NCBI GenBank assembly: GCA_963820825.1
Contig: CAWGBN010000005.1
Location: forward strand, 64,001-128,000
Length of the DNA stretch: 64,000 nucleotides
Source of the DNA: Vulcanimicrobiota bacterium
GTDB taxonomy: Bacteria; Vulcanimicrobiota; Vulcanimicrobiia; Vulcanimicrobiales; Vulcanimicrobiaceae
Direction: 5' to 3'
The notes under the pieces were generated by a model. The model searched no databases. It saw only the letters and a program-made list of their open reading frames with translations, and had not been told where the DNA came from. A program made the translations under genes and the position numbers. Shown piece after piece: positions 50,074-60,204 of the stretch (position 1 is the stretch's first letter; the number at the start of each line of letters is the position of its first letter).

Positions 50074-51600
50074 ATGTCTTTCTTCTCCGAGCTTTTCGCG
50101 ACGACCGACGCCGACAAGCTTCGCGAAATCGGCTCGCGCAAGATTCTGCGTCGGGCGCTCACGGCAAAGGATCTCATCGCGATCGGCCTCGGAACGATGA
50201 TCGGCGGCGGTATCTTTACGACGATCGGAACCGGCGTCAAAGGGGCCGGACCGGCGGTGATCGTCTCGTATCTGCTCGCCGGTCTCACCTCGTTCTTTGC
50301 AGCGCTCTGCTATGCCGAGCTTGGGGCAATGGTCCCGATCGCCGGAAGCGCCTACACGTACGCCTACGCGACGATGGGAAAGCTCTTCGCGTGGATCATC
50401 GGCTTCGCACTGATCTTCGAGTACGGAATCAGCGCCGCTCCGGTCGCACAGCAGTTTTCGGCCGCGATTCAGGACGTGGTCAAAGGAAGCGGGATTGCCC
50501 TGCCCGCCTGGGCGCAGCAGTCGAATCTCATCATCAACGGCGCGTGGTGGCAGCCGGCGAGCTGGGATCTGGCGCACTCGCAGTGCGATATCATCGCCGC
50601 GCTCTTCGTGATCGGTTTGAGCGTCTTGCTCTCGATGGGAATCCGCGAGTCGGCGACCGTCAATAACGTCTTCGTCGTACTGAAGATCTCGGCGCTCATC
50701 ATCTTCGTCATCGCCGGGGCCTTCCTCATCCGCGGCGCCAACTTGCACAATTTCAATCCGGTCGGCTGGGGAACGCTCCGTCCCTTCGGAGGGATGGCCG
50801 ATTACTCGTCCTCAGCCCAACCGTACGGGATCATCGCAATCAGCGCGTACGTCTTCTTCAGCTACATCGGTTTCGATACCGCGACGACGACCGCCGAAGA
50901 GTGCAAGCGCCCGCAATTCGACGTACCGGTCGGAGTGATCGGCGCGCTCGCGATCGGCACGCTGGTCTATTGCGCGACCGCAATCGTGCTCGTCGGAGCG
51001 GTCCCGTGGAATCACGTTCCGATCAAGAACCCGCTGGTCTACGCGCTGGCGCCGCTCCATATGCCCGCGTTGAGCTGGGTGATCACCATCGGCGTCTTGG
51101 CGGGAACGACGAGCGTCGCGCTCGCGTCACTGCTCGGCCAGTCGCGAATCTTCTACGTGATGGCGCGCGACGGGATGCTTCCGCCGGCGGTCGCCGCGAT
51201 CCATCCGCGCTTCAAGACGCCCTTTATCACGACGATGATTACGGGCGCCGCCGTCTCGGTTCTCGCGCTCATCGTTCCGCTCAATAATCTGCTCAATCTG
51301 GTGAACATCGGAACGCTGATCGCCTTCTCGGTCGTCTGCGCGGGCGTACTCTACCTGCGCAAACGGCGTCCCGACCTTCCCCGCAGTTTCCGCGTGCCGT
51401 TCGTGCCGCTCTTTCCGATTTGCGGAATCGTCTTTTCGCTCTTCCTGGCGGTCTTCGGCCTCTCGCGCGCGACCTGGACCTGGTTCGTGATCGCGCTGGT
51501 CTGCGGCCTGGTCTTCTTCTTCGCCTACGGGTTCCGCAAATCGAATCCGGCCGAGATCGTTCCGGTCGAGGAGCCCGCCGGTCTCACCGAGTACGCCTAA
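50074..51600 (+). CDS. APC-family amino acid permease
   Basis: GTMIGGGIF, CYAELGAMVPIAGSAYTY and FSYIGFD motifs. Confidence 0.93.
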   Translation: MSFFSELFATTDADKLREIGSRKILRRALTAKDLIAIGLGTMIGGGIFTTIGTGVKGAGPAVIVSYLLAGLTSFFAALCYAELGAMVPIAGSAYTYAYATMGKLFAWIIGFALIFEYGISAAPVAQQFSAAIQDVVKGSGIALPAWAQQSNLIINGAWWQPASWDLAHSQCDIIAALFVIGLSVLLSMGIRESATVNNVFVVLKISALIIFVIAGAFLIRGANLHNFNPVGWGTLRPFGGMADYSSSAQPYGIIAISAYVFFSYIGFDTATTTAEECKRPQFDVPVGVIGALAIGTLVYCATAIVLVGAVPWNHVPIKNPLVYALAPLHMPALSWVITIGVLAGTTSVALASLLGQSRIFYVMARDGMLPPAVAAIHPRFKTPFITTMITGAAVSVLALIVPLNNLLNLVNIGTLIAFSVVCAGVLYLRKRRPDLPRSFRVPFVPLFPICGIVFSLFLAVFGLSRATWTWFVIALVCGLVFFFAYGFRKSNPAEIVPVEEPAGLTEYA

Positions 51601-51646
51601 TTCGTCGTAACCATTTGACCCATGGCGTGGAAGCCGTTCCGAAGGC

Positions 51647-52147
51647 CTACTGAACGCCGCCGTTTTGCACGTTGGCCGGAACTTGACCGACGCCGGGGGT
51701 GACGACTTCGATCCGTGCGTTTCGCGGGTCGTACTTTGCGTGCACGCGTAAGGCATGGGCGACCGCGTCGAGCGAGATCATTATCCGTCCGCGAACGCGA
51801 AATGGCGCGTGCTTCAGCGTGAACGGCATTCCGTTGAGCATCGCGCGCGTATCGCCGACGCGCACGCGCAGCGATTGACCGCCCAGGATGACGTCGATCG
51901 TGCCGTTCTTGGCATCGGCTTGCGTCTCGGCACCGAGCGCGTCGGCGATCGAGCGCAGCGGAATGAAGGCGCGATCGCTCGCGGTAGTGACCGGCGGCAC
52001 GTCGCTATCGACGCGCTCGCCGTCGACGAGCATCACGATCGGCTGCGAAAACGCCAACGGCACCGAAACCAAGAGCGCGACCGCCGCGATCGTCGCCAGC
52101 CGGCGCAGCGTGAACGTCTCGTAGAGCTCCGCGGCGCGACGTATCAT
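51647..52147 (-). CDS. Copper amine oxidase N-terminal (stalk) domain protein
   Basis: DVPP...RAFIPLRSIADALGA and APFRVRGRIMISL motifs. Confidence 0.8.
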   Translation of the reverse strand: MIRRAAELYETFTLRRLATIAAVALLVSVPLAFSQPIVMLVDGERVDSDVPPVTTASDRAFIPLRSIADALGAETQADAKNGTIDVILGGQSLRVRVGDTRAMLNGMPFTLKHAPFRVRGRIMISLDAVAHALRVHAKYDPRNARIEVVTPGVGQVPANVQNGGVQ

Positions 52148-53289
52148 GCGGTCGAGCCGCCGATCTCCGCGAGATAGTCGGGATATTTTTCGGCGATGAC
52201 TTTCTCGATCTCCAAGCGCAGCATCCCGAGCAGCTCGTCTTCGGGATAGGTGCCCACGAGCTCGCCGGCGCGATAGATCGCGCCCTTACCCTTGCCGCCG
52301 GCGACGCCGACGTCGGCCATCTTCGATTCGCCCGGCCCGTTGACGACGCAGCCCATCACCGCGACCTTCACCGGAGCGCTGTACGATTTCGCAATCGCTT
52401 CGACGGCGCGCCCGAGCTCGAGCACGGAGATCTCCGCGCGTCCGCACGAGGGGCAGGCGGTAATTTCAAAACCCTTTTCGCGCAAGCCCAGCGACTTGAG
52501 GATGCCCCAGCAGACCGGAACCTCTTCGATCGGATCGGCCGCGAGCGAGACGCGAATCGTGTCGCCGATGCCCTCCCAGAGCAGAATTCCCAATCCGATC
52601 GACGACTTGATCGTGCCGTCGCGCAGCAATCCCGCCTCGGTGATGCCGAGGTGGAGCGCGTAGGGCGTCGCGCGTTCGCGTAAACGCTCGTCCATCAGCC
52701 GATAGGCTTGCACCGTCGTCGCGACGTCGTGCGCCTTGAGGGAGATCGCGATCTCGGTATGACCGTGCCCTTCGAGCAACTCGACGTGACGCAGCGCCGA
52801 GAGCACCATGGCCTCCGCAGTGTGGCCGAACGACTTCTCCAGATCGGGCGCGAGCGAGCCCATGTTCACGCCGACCCGAATCGGAATGGCGCGCGCTTTC
52901 GCGGCCTCGACGACCTCGGCGACCTTCTTTGGATCGCGAATATTGCCCGGATTCAATCGGAGCTTCGCCACCCCCGCCTCGATCGCGGCGAGTGCCATCT
53001 TGTGATCGAAGTGAATGTCGGCGACGATCGGGACCGGCGAACGATAGACGATCGCCGGGAGCCCGGCCGCATCGGGCGGGTCCTTGACGGTGACGCGAAC
53101 GACCTCGCAGCCTTCCATCGCGAGGCCGTAGATCTGTTCGAGCGTCGCGTCGGCGTCCGCCGTATCGGTCGTGGTCATCGACTGCACGACCACCGGATGA
53201 TTCCCGCCGATCCAGACGCTCTTCGCGTCGGACTTCCCGGTTTTGTTTTGCAGGAAGATCGGCTTGCTCTTACGCCGGACGCGCAGCAT
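52144..53289 (-). CDS. ispG: (E)-4-hydroxy-3-methylbut-2-enyl-diphosphate synthase
   Basis: VQSMT, ADIHF, RLNPGN, GDTIRVSL, CPSCGR and GCVVNGPGE motifs. Confidence 0.97.
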   Translation of the reverse strand: MLRVRRKSKPIFLQNKTGKSDAKSVWIGGNHPVVVQSMTTTDTADADATLEQIYGLAMEGCEVVRVTVKDPPDAAGLPAIVYRSPVPIVADIHFDHKMALAAIEAGVAKLRLNPGNIRDPKKVAEVVEAAKARAIPIRVGVNMGSLAPDLEKSFGHTAEAMVLSALRHVELLEGHGHTEIAISLKAHDVATTVQAYRLMDERLRERATPYALHLGITEAGLLRDGTIKSSIGLGILLWEGIGDTIRVSLAADPIEEVPVCWGILKSLGLREKGFEITACPSCGRAEISVLELGRAVEAIAKSYSAPVKVAVMGCVVNGPGESKMADVGVAGGKGKGAIYRAGELVGTYPEDELLGMLRLEIEKVIAEKYPDYLAEIGGSTA

Positions 53290-54422
53290 TACATGATCCC
53301 CTGTCCGCTGACGATACGGGCGATATCGTGAAACGCGACGAGCATGATCAGTGCCATCAGCGCGGCAAAGCCGGCGATGTGCACCATCGCCTCTTTCTCC
53401 GGGTCGACCGGCCGCCCGCGAATGAGCTCGGCGATGATGAAGGCCGCGCGTCCGCCGTCGAGCGCGGGAATCGGCAAGAGATTGAAGAGCCCGAGCGCAA
53501 ACGAGATCGTCGCTGCCAGCGAGAAATACGGCCCCCAGCCCCAGTCCTGAACGGTTGCGGCGACCTGCCCCATCCCGATCGGCCCGGAGACTTGGGGCGC
53601 GTACTTCGAGAACTGCGTCACGAGCAGCGCGAGCCCGCTAAACGTCTGGCTCGCGACCGCCTTGAACTCATCTGCACTCTGCCGAACCGCGGCGACGAAC
53701 CCGACCCGCTCGTACGCGGGTACCGGCTGAAACCCGATGCACCCGTTCTGCTTTCCAACGCCCGCGGGACAGGGGCGCGGTCGCACGTAGACCTCCGTCC
53801 GAATGCCGTTGCGCTCGTAAACCAGGTCGAGTTGCTTGCCGAGTGCCCGATGGATCGTATCGACCAGCGTCTTGCCGGAGACGATGCTCGCGTTATCGAT
53901 AGCGACGATGCGATCGCCGGGACGAATACCGGCGATTGCTGCCGGAGATCCGGGGATCACCTCGCCGACCACCGGCATCGCTTTGTCGCTCGCGACGCCG
54001 AATGCGAGCGCGCTGACGAGTAGGATGAGATAGCAGAGCAAGAAGTTTGCAAGCGGGCCGGCCAGGATGATCACGAGCCGGCGCCATGGCGACTTCGCTT
54101 GGAAGTTACTCGCTTCGGCGACGCCTTCGGCTCGGAACTCGCGCTGTTGCTGCGCTTCGGAGACGCGCGCATCCTCGCCCTCCATCGAGCAGAAGCCGCC
54201 GATCGGCAGCGCGCGCAGCGTGTAGAGCGTTCCGCTGCGCGGGCTCGCCCAGGCGAAGAGCTTTGGACCGAAGCCGACCGCAAACTCGTTGACGCGCACC
54301 CCATTACGCCGAGCCATGATGAAGTGCCCGAGCTCGTGAAGCACGATCAGGATCGAAAGCATCACCAAAAAGGTGACGACCTTCTCAAACCCGACGAACG
54401 TGACGACTGCTAACAAATTCAA
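53289..54422 (-). CDS. rseP: RIP metalloprotease RseP (M50, PDZ)
   Basis: HELGH, PDZ domain and NLLPIPALDGG. Confidence 0.95.
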   Translation of the reverse strand: MNLLAVVTFVGFEKVVTFLVMLSILIVLHELGHFIMARRNGVRVNEFAVGFGPKLFAWASPRSGTLYTLRALPIGGFCSMEGEDARVSEAQQQREFRAEGVAEASNFQAKSPWRRLVIILAGPLANFLLCYLILLVSALAFGVASDKAMPVVGEVIPGSPAAIAGIRPGDRIVAIDNASIVSGKTLVDTIHRALGKQLDLVYERNGIRTEVYVRPRPCPAGVGKQNGCIGFQPVPAYERVGFVAAVRQSADEFKAVASQTFSGLALLVTQFSKYAPQVSGPIGMGQVAATVQDWGWGPYFSLAATISFALGLFNLLPIPALDGGRAAFIIAELIRGRPVDPEKEAMVHIAGFAALMALIMLVAFHDIARIVSGQGIM

Positions 54423-55591
54423 CGACTAGGTCTTTCGATGGCCTCGACGATCTCTCCGGCGGACTTGCGCGCGTCCCGGTCGGCCTTTCTTACCCCGTCG
54501 AGGGTCAGTTCTTCCGGGCGGGCGGCGTGCATCGCCCCTTCGATCACCTGGGAGATGCGTCCGAAGGATATCCTCCCTTCTACAAACGCAGCGACCGCTA
54601 TTTCGTTTGCAGCCGAGAGGACGGCGGGCTGGGTGCCTCCGGCGGCCAGCGCTTCGTACGCGAGCGCGATGCAAGGGAACCGAGCCGGATCGGGCGCCTC
54701 GAACTCGTATCGGAGGGTAACGTCACCCTCCTTGGCCCCGAGCATTTTGAGTACTCCATCGTTGCCGGCACCAACTGGGGAGCCCACAAGGTCCCCAAAC
54801 GACCTCAGTCGTTTGGGATAGCTCAGCGCGTAGCCGATCGGAACGCGCATGTCGGGCGCGGCGAGTTGCGACTTGATACTGCCGTCGCTGAAGATGACGA
54901 AACCGTGCGCGACCGATTGCGGGTGCACGACGATGCGGATCCGTTCGCCTTCGATCCCGAAGAGCCGGCTCGCCTCGATCACCTCGAGTCCCTTGTTCAT
55001 CATCGTCGCCGAGTCGATCGTGTTCTTCGTCCCCATTCTCCACGTCGGATGCGCGAGCGCGGCCGCCAAGTCGGCACGCTCCATCTCCTCGCGCGAGGCG
55101 GTGCGAAACGGACCGCCGGAGGCGGTCAAGACGATCGCCGCAACGCTCGACGGCACTTCGCCGACGAGACATTGAAAGATCGCGCTATGCTCGCTATCGA
55201 CGGGTAGGAGGCGCGAGCCGCTGCGTTGCGCGCGCTCGACGAGCAGCGCGCCGGCCGCGACGACGAGTTCTTTATTTGCAACGGCCACGTCGATGCCGCG
55301 CTCGACCGCGGCGAAGACGGCTTCGAAGGCGATGGAACCGTCGGTTGCGGCGAGCAGAATCTCCGGGCCGCTCTCTACCGCGACGCGTCGTAGCCCTTCG
55401 GGGCCGTCGGCCGCCAAGGTCGCGACCTTCGCTCCGAATCGTTCGGCCTGTTCGCGCAACAGCTCTACGTTGCGTCCCGCCGCCAAGCCGACGACCTCGA
55501 ACTCATCGGGATGGCGGGCGATGACGTCGAGGGCCTGCGTTCCGATCGAACCGGTCGATCCCAGGATCGCAACGCGCCGCCGCGCCGTCAC
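54419..55591 (-). CDS. dxr: 1-deoxy-D-xylulose 5-phosphate reductoisomerase
   Basis: LGSTGSIG, ANKE, PVDSEHSAIFQ, HPTWRMG and NKGLEVIEA motifs. Confidence 0.97.
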   Translation of the reverse strand: MTARRRVAILGSTGSIGTQALDVIARHPDEFEVVGLAAGRNVELLREQAERFGAKVATLAADGPEGLRRVAVESGPEILLAATDGSIAFEAVFAAVERGIDVAVANKELVVAAGALLVERAQRSGSRLLPVDSEHSAIFQCLVGEVPSSVAAIVLTASGGPFRTASREEMERADLAAALAHPTWRMGTKNTIDSATMMNKGLEVIEASRLFGIEGERIRIVVHPQSVAHGFVIFSDGSIKSQLAAPDMRVPIGYALSYPKRLRSFGDLVGSPVGAGNDGVLKMLGAKEGDVTLRYEFEAPDPARFPCIALAYEALAAGGTQPAVLSAANEIAVAAFVEGRISFGRISQVIEGAMHAARPEELTLDGVRKADRDARKSAGEIVEAIERPSR

Positions 55592-56391
55592 TGGACTTGC
55601 AGAATTCCGACGAGATGGAGCGTTGCGTAAAACGTAACGCCGCCGAGCAAGTACGAGTCGAATCGATCGAGCACGCCGCCGTGTCCTTGAATCATCGCGC
55701 CGGCATCTTTGACGCCGGCGTCGCGCTTAAAGGCCGACTCGACGAGATCGCCCACCTGCGCGGCGATGCTCGTTGCGAAGGCCAGCGCGGCTCCCTGCCA
55801 CCACTCGATGTGAAGCTGCGGCAGCCAACTCGCGGCCGCACCGGCGACCGTAACGATCGCGAGCGCTCCGAGCGAACCTTCGACGGTTTTCTTCGGTGAG
55901 ATCCGGGTGAGGCTATGGCGTCCGATACTCGATCCGACCAGCATGGCGAAGGTGTCGGTGAGCGCGATCAGCACGATCACGAAGAAGGTCATCCACATGC
56001 CGTTTCCGGCGATCTGGCGGATGAAGACGAAGTATGTCAGCAGCTTGCCGATGTAGAGAACGGCGACGAGCGTGTAGGCCGTGCGGGCAAAGTAGCCTTT
56101 CTCTTCGCCGTACATGCCGATCGCGAACGCGACGATAACGGTGCCGGCGAGCAGAACCCCTTCCCACTTGTGGAGCAGGCCGAATACCGCCATCGCGACG
56201 TACGCGCAGACGCCGAGGACCGCGACGGGATACTCGAGCGGCTGCCCCTTGATCGCACAGAGATAGTTGAACTCGTAGATGCTTGCCAGAGCGATGGCGA
56301 GGATCAGCACGTAGAACGCCCAGGGGTAGAGCACGCAGAGCAGGCCGATCGCCGCGACGATCAAGCCCACCACGATTCGCCGTTCGCTCAA
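55588..56391 (-). CDS. cdsA: Phosphatidate cytidylyltransferase
   Basis: ISPKKTVEG, GDLVESAFKRDAGVKD and GHGGVLDRFD motifs. Confidence 0.96.
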   Translation of the reverse strand: MSERRIVVGLIVAAIGLLCVLYPWAFYVLILAIALASIYEFNYLCAIKGQPLEYPVAVLGVCAYVAMAVFGLLHKWEGVLLAGTVIVAFAIGMYGEEKGYFARTAYTLVAVLYIGKLLTYFVFIRQIAGNGMWMTFFVIVLIALTDTFAMLVGSSIGRHSLTRISPKKTVEGSLGALAIVTVAGAAASWLPQLHIEWWQGAALAFATSIAAQVGDLVESAFKRDAGVKDAGAMIQGHGGVLDRFDSYLLGGVTFYATLHLVGILQVQ

Positions 56392-57131
56392 GTCCCGCCG
56401 AAGCGCCGTTCCCGCTGCTGAAAAACGATCAACGCTCGCACGAAGTCATCCCTCGAGAAGTCCGGCCAATAAACGTCGGTCATCACGAGCTCGGCGTAAG
56501 CGGCCTGGTAGAGCAGAAAGTTCGAGAGCCGCTGTTCGCCGCCTGGCCGAATCAGCAAGTCGAGCTCGGGGAGATCGGTCGTGTACAAGTAGCGCCCGAT
56601 CAGCGCCTCGTCCACGCTCTCCGGTGCGAGCTCGCCGCGCGCGACGTCGCGAGCGATCGCGCGGACGGCGCGCTCGAGCTCGGCTCGCGAACTATAATTG
56701 ACCGCGAGATTGAGGACCACACCGGTATTCCCCGCAGTCTGGGCCTGCAGATCGGCAAGCGCACTGCGCGGCGCGGGAGGCAGCGACTCCCATTCGCCGA
56801 TCACCTTGACCCGCACGTTGTTGCGGCGAAGCTCGATGAGCTCGTTGCGCGCGAAGTAGACGCAAAGCTCGAAGAGGAGCGATACCTCGCGAGCGTCCCG
56901 GTTCCAGTTTTCGGTCGAGAAACCGTAGACCGTCAGCGCGTCGATGCCGAGATCGCTCGCCGCGCGCGTCACGTGGCGCAGCGCGATCATCCCGCGGCGA
57001 TGGCCTTCGATCGCCGGCAATCCGCGCTCGCGCGCCCAGCGCCGGTTTCCATCCATGATTATCGCGACGTGTCTCGGTAGGCCGCGCACGTCGAGCGCCG
57101 GGCGAGCGCCCGCAACCAGCGATAGGCTCAC
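56388..57131 (-). CDS. uppS: Undecaprenyl diphosphate synthase
   Basis: HVAIIMDGNRRWA, FSTENW and RLSNFLLYQ motifs. Confidence 0.96.
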   Translation of the reverse strand: MSLSLVAGARPALDVRGLPRHVAIIMDGNRRWARERGLPAIEGHRRGMIALRHVTRAASDLGIDALTVYGFSTENWNRDAREVSLLFELCVYFARNELIELRRNNVRVKVIGEWESLPPAPRSALADLQAQTAGNTGVVLNLAVNYSSRAELERAVRAIARDVARGELAPESVDEALIGRYLYTTDLPELDLLIRPGGEQRLSNFLLYQAAYAELVMTDVYWPDFSRDDFVRALIVFQQRERRFGGT

Positions 57132-57319
57132 GGGCGGTACGACTCGTATCCGACCGTCAGATCCGCCGACTGGTCGTCGCCGATCTTCAAGCGAAGCACC
57201 CGCAAAACGCCGTAGCCGAGCCACGTCCCGAACGGAGCGAGCACTCGCAGACGAATCTGCCGCTCTCCCAACGCGCGGCGTGCCTGAACTTCCGGGAGAA
57301 GGATGAGATCCTCACTCAC
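57128..57319 (-). CDS. Small hypothetical protein between frr and uppS
   Basis: 63 aa; GTGA overlaps with both frr and uppS. Confidence 0.7.
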   Translation of the reverse strand: MSEDLILLPEVQARRALGERQIRLRVLAPFGTWLGYGVLRVLRLKIGDDQSADLTVGYESYRP

Positions 57320-57873
57320 ACTTCCATGATCTCTTTTTCCTTCGCGGCAACGAGTCCGTCGATCTCCTTGACGTACTTGTCGGTCAACCGTTGCAGCGAT
57401 TCTTGCATCCGTTTATTGTCGTCTTCGGTAATCTCGTGTGACTTGAGCTGCGCCTTGAGCTCGTCGTGCGCGCGGTGGCGGACGTTGCGGACGGCGATGC
57501 GCCCGTCCTCAGCTTTCTTTTTGACGATCTTGGCGAGGTCTTTGCGGCGTTCTTCGTTCAGCGGCGGAATCAGCAGACGAATCGCCGAGCCGTCGACGTT
57601 CGGCGTCAAGCCGAGTTCGCTCTTCTCCACCGCTTTGCGAATCGCCGGAACGACGCCCTTATCCCAGGCGGTGATCAGCAGCGTTCGCGAATCGGGAGTC
57701 GAGACGCCGGCGACTTGTTTGAGCGGGACCATCTGACCGTACGCTTCCACCGTAAGACGGTCAAGAAGCGCGGGCGCCGCGCGCCCGGTCCGAATCGACG
57801 CGAACTCGCCGCGCGTCGCCTCGACGCATTTTTGCATTCTCGATTCGATCTCGTTGAAATACGCATCGGCCAT
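57316..57873 (-). CDS. frr: Ribosome recycling factor
   Basis: IRTGRA, PPLNEERRK and KEKEIMEV motifs. Confidence 0.97.
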   Translation of the reverse strand: MADAYFNEIESRMQKCVEATRGEFASIRTGRAAPALLDRLTVEAYGQMVPLKQVAGVSTPDSRTLLITAWDKGVVPAIRKAVEKSELGLTPNVDGSAIRLLIPPLNEERRKDLAKIVKKKAEDGRIAVRNVRHRAHDELKAQLKSHEITEDDNKRMQESLQRLTDKYVKEIDGLVAAKEKEIMEV

Positions 57874-57875
57874 GC

Positions 57876-58634
57876 TTACGAACTCCCCGCGCCCGCCGGC
57901 GCCGCTTCGCGCCGCCCAACGTACGTGCCGATCGGCTCGCCCCAGATCACCCGGCGAATGTTGCCGGGGACGGACATGTCGAAGACGATTACCGGCAGCG
58001 CGTTATCCATGCAGAGTGCCATCGACGTCGAATCCATCACCTCGAGACCGCGCTGAAGCACCTCCATGTAATCGAGCCGCTCGAAGCGGGTCGCCGTCGG
58101 ATCCTTCTTCGGATCTGCCGTGTAGATGCCGTCGACCTTCGTCGCCTTGAGAATCGCCTCGGCGTTGACCTCGACCGCGCGAAGCGCTGCGGTCGTATCG
58201 GTGGTGAAGTACGGGTTCCCCGTTCCGGCGGCAAAGATCACGACGCGCCCCTTCTCGAGATGACGAATCGCGCGACGCCGGATATACGGTTCCGCAATCT
58301 GATGCATCGCGATCGCCGTCTGAACTCGCGAGGCCACGCCCATTCGTTCGAGCGCATCTTGCAGGGCGAGCGCGTTGATTACCGTCGCGAGCATGCCCAT
58401 GTAGTCGGCGGTCGCGCGTTCCATTCCGGCCTCTTCGTGCACCTTACCGCGCCAGATGTTTCCGCCGCCGACCACGATCGCGACGGAGACTCCGCCCCGG
58501 CGGACCTCGGCGATCTGCTCCGCCATCGTGCGCGTGGTATTGACGTCGACGCCGGTGCTGTCGCCGCTAAAGGCTTCGCCGGAGATCTTCAGGAGGACGC
58601 GAGCGTATCTCGCGGCGCCGAGTTCACTCGCCAA
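57876..58634 (-). CDS. pyrH: UMP kinase
   Basis: [25 protein letters not shown] and VMDST motifs. Confidence 0.97.
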   Translation of the reverse strand: MASELGAARYARVLLKISGEAFSGDSTGVDVNTTRTMAEQIAEVRRGGVSVAIVVGGGNIWRGKVHEEAGMERATADYMGMLATVINALALQDALERMGVASRVQTAIAMHQIAEPYIRRRAIRHLEKGRVVIFAAGTGNPYFTTDTTAALRAVEVNAEAILKATKVDGIYTADPKKDPTATRFERLDYMEVLQRGLEVMDSTSMALCMDNALPVIVFDMSVPGNIRRVIWGEPIGTYVGRREAAPAGAGSS

Positions 58635-59223
58635 GAGCGTATCGCGCAAAGCGACGGACGCGAATCTTCTCACCCAAGGCCCCGATCGCACGAAAGATGA
58701 GGTCGCCGACGCTCATCGTGTCGTCCTTAACGAAGGCCTGATCGAGCAGGCAGTGCTCTTCGAACCATTTCGCCAGCTTGCCCTCGACGATCCGCTCCCC
58801 GACCTCCGCCGATTTGCCGGCGGGAATGGAGGAGCGAAACTCGCTGCGAAGACGGTCGACCTCGGCCGCCGGTACGCTCTCCCGATCGAGATACTGCGGC
58901 GACATCGCTGCGATATGCATCGCGATGTCGCGCGAAAGGTCGCCGAACTTTGGGTTGCGCGCAACGAAATCGGTCTCGCTGTTGACCTCCACCAGCACGC
59001 CGATCTTGCCGCCGGCGTGAATGTAGCTGGTCACCAGGCCCTCTTCGGCGGCGCGCTCCGCCTTCTTGGCTGCCTGCGCTGCGCCGCGCTCGAGCAGCAA
59101 CGTCTTGGCGCGCTCCACGTCGCCCGCCGCGTCGAGCAGCGCCTTGCGGCAATCCATCATCGGAGCGCTCGTCTCTTCCCGCAGCGCCTTGATCTCCTCG
59201 GGCTTGGGTTGATAGGAAATCAA
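58624..59223 (-). CDS. tsf: Elongation factor Ts (short form)
   Basis: [16 protein letters not shown] and NSETDFVA; 199 aa. Confidence 0.96.
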   Translation of the reverse strand: MISYQPKPEEIKALREETSAPMMDCRKALLDAAGDVERAKTLLLERGAAQAAKKAERAAEEGLVTSYIHAGGKIGVLVEVNSETDFVARNPKFGDLSRDIAMHIAAMSPQYLDRESVPAAEVDRLRSEFRSSIPAGKSAEVGERIVEGKLAKWFEEHCLLDQAFVKDDTMSVGDLIFRAIGALGEKIRVRRFARYALGE

Positions 59224-59993
59224 CGTGCGACCTCCGCCATGGTCGCGGGAGCCTCGCCGGCGAACTCCCCGGGCCTCGACTCGTACGCGTCTTGATCGTA
59301 GGCGCTCTCGCTCTCCGTCTTACCTTCGATGATCGCGTCGGCGATTTTCGAAACCATGAGCTTCACCGCCCGAATCGCATCGTCGTTGCCGGGAATCGGA
59401 TAATCGATCTCGTCGGGATCGCAGTTCGTGTCGATGACCGCGATGATCGGGATCTTCAGCTTGCGCGCCTCCAGCACCGCAATGCGCTCCTTCTTGGGAT
59501 CGACGATGAAGAGCGCGTCGGGGAGGCGGTGCATATCTTTGATTCCGCCGAGAAAGCGCTCGAGGCGATTCATCTCGTCCTGAAGCTTCGCCACTTCTTT
59601 CTTGGGGAGGCGGTCGAAGTCGCCTTGCATCTTCATGTTCTCGAGCTCGCGCAGGCGGGCGATCCGCTTCTGAATCGTCGCGAAGTTCGTCAACGTGCCG
59701 CCGAGCCAGCGCTGATTGATGAAGTACGTCCCGGCGCGCTCGGCCTCTTCCCGAACCACGTCCTGAGCCTGCTTCTTGGTGCCGACGAAGAGAATGATCC
59801 GGCCGTCGCGCGAGAGCTGTCTGACGACCTCGTACGTCTCCCGCAGCTTGGCGACCGTGAGCGCAAGATCGATGATATAGATCCCGTTGCGCTCTTGAAA
59901 GATGAAGGGCTTCATCTTGGGGTTCCATCGGCGCGTCTGATGGCCGAAATGGACGCCCGCTTCCAGGAGCTCCCTCATGGTGATGACGCTCAT
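59220..59993 (-). CDS. rpsB: 30S ribosomal protein S2
   Basis: [22 protein letters not shown] and [10 protein letters not shown] motifs. Confidence 0.98.
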   Translation of the reverse strand: MSVITMRELLEAGVHFGHQTRRWNPKMKPFIFQERNGIYIIDLALTVAKLRETYEVVRQLSRDGRIILFVGTKKQAQDVVREEAERAGTYFINQRWLGGTLTNFATIQKRIARLRELENMKMQGDFDRLPKKEVAKLQDEMNRLERFLGGIKDMHRLPDALFIVDPKKERIAVLEARKLKIPIIAVIDTNCDPDEIDYPIPGNDDAIRAVKLMVSKIADAIIEGKTESESAYDQDAYESRPGEFAGEAPATMAEVAR

Positions 59994-60110
59994 AGAGTAA
60001 CCTTTCTGGCTCCCGGCCGCGGCCCATCCTGGCATTGCGGTCGCATCGCGGAGCCATCGCCACCCCGCCTCCGTGCCGGGTGAAGTAAAGACAGCCGCGC
60101 GATTATAGCA
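59994..60110 (-). promoter_or_regulatory. rpsB extended -10 promoter and structured 5' leader
   Basis: TGCTATAAT at 60110-60102. The leader is closed by a CCCGGC...GCCGGG stem and contains GGGU. Confidence 0.65.
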
Positions 60111-60204
60111 CGCGCGAGGAAGAGCTCCAAGCGGCGGCGTGAGCAAGCAGACGGCTGCCGCGGGAACGGACCGTGGCAGACGTCCTACCCTGACGTCAGT
60201 CGGC

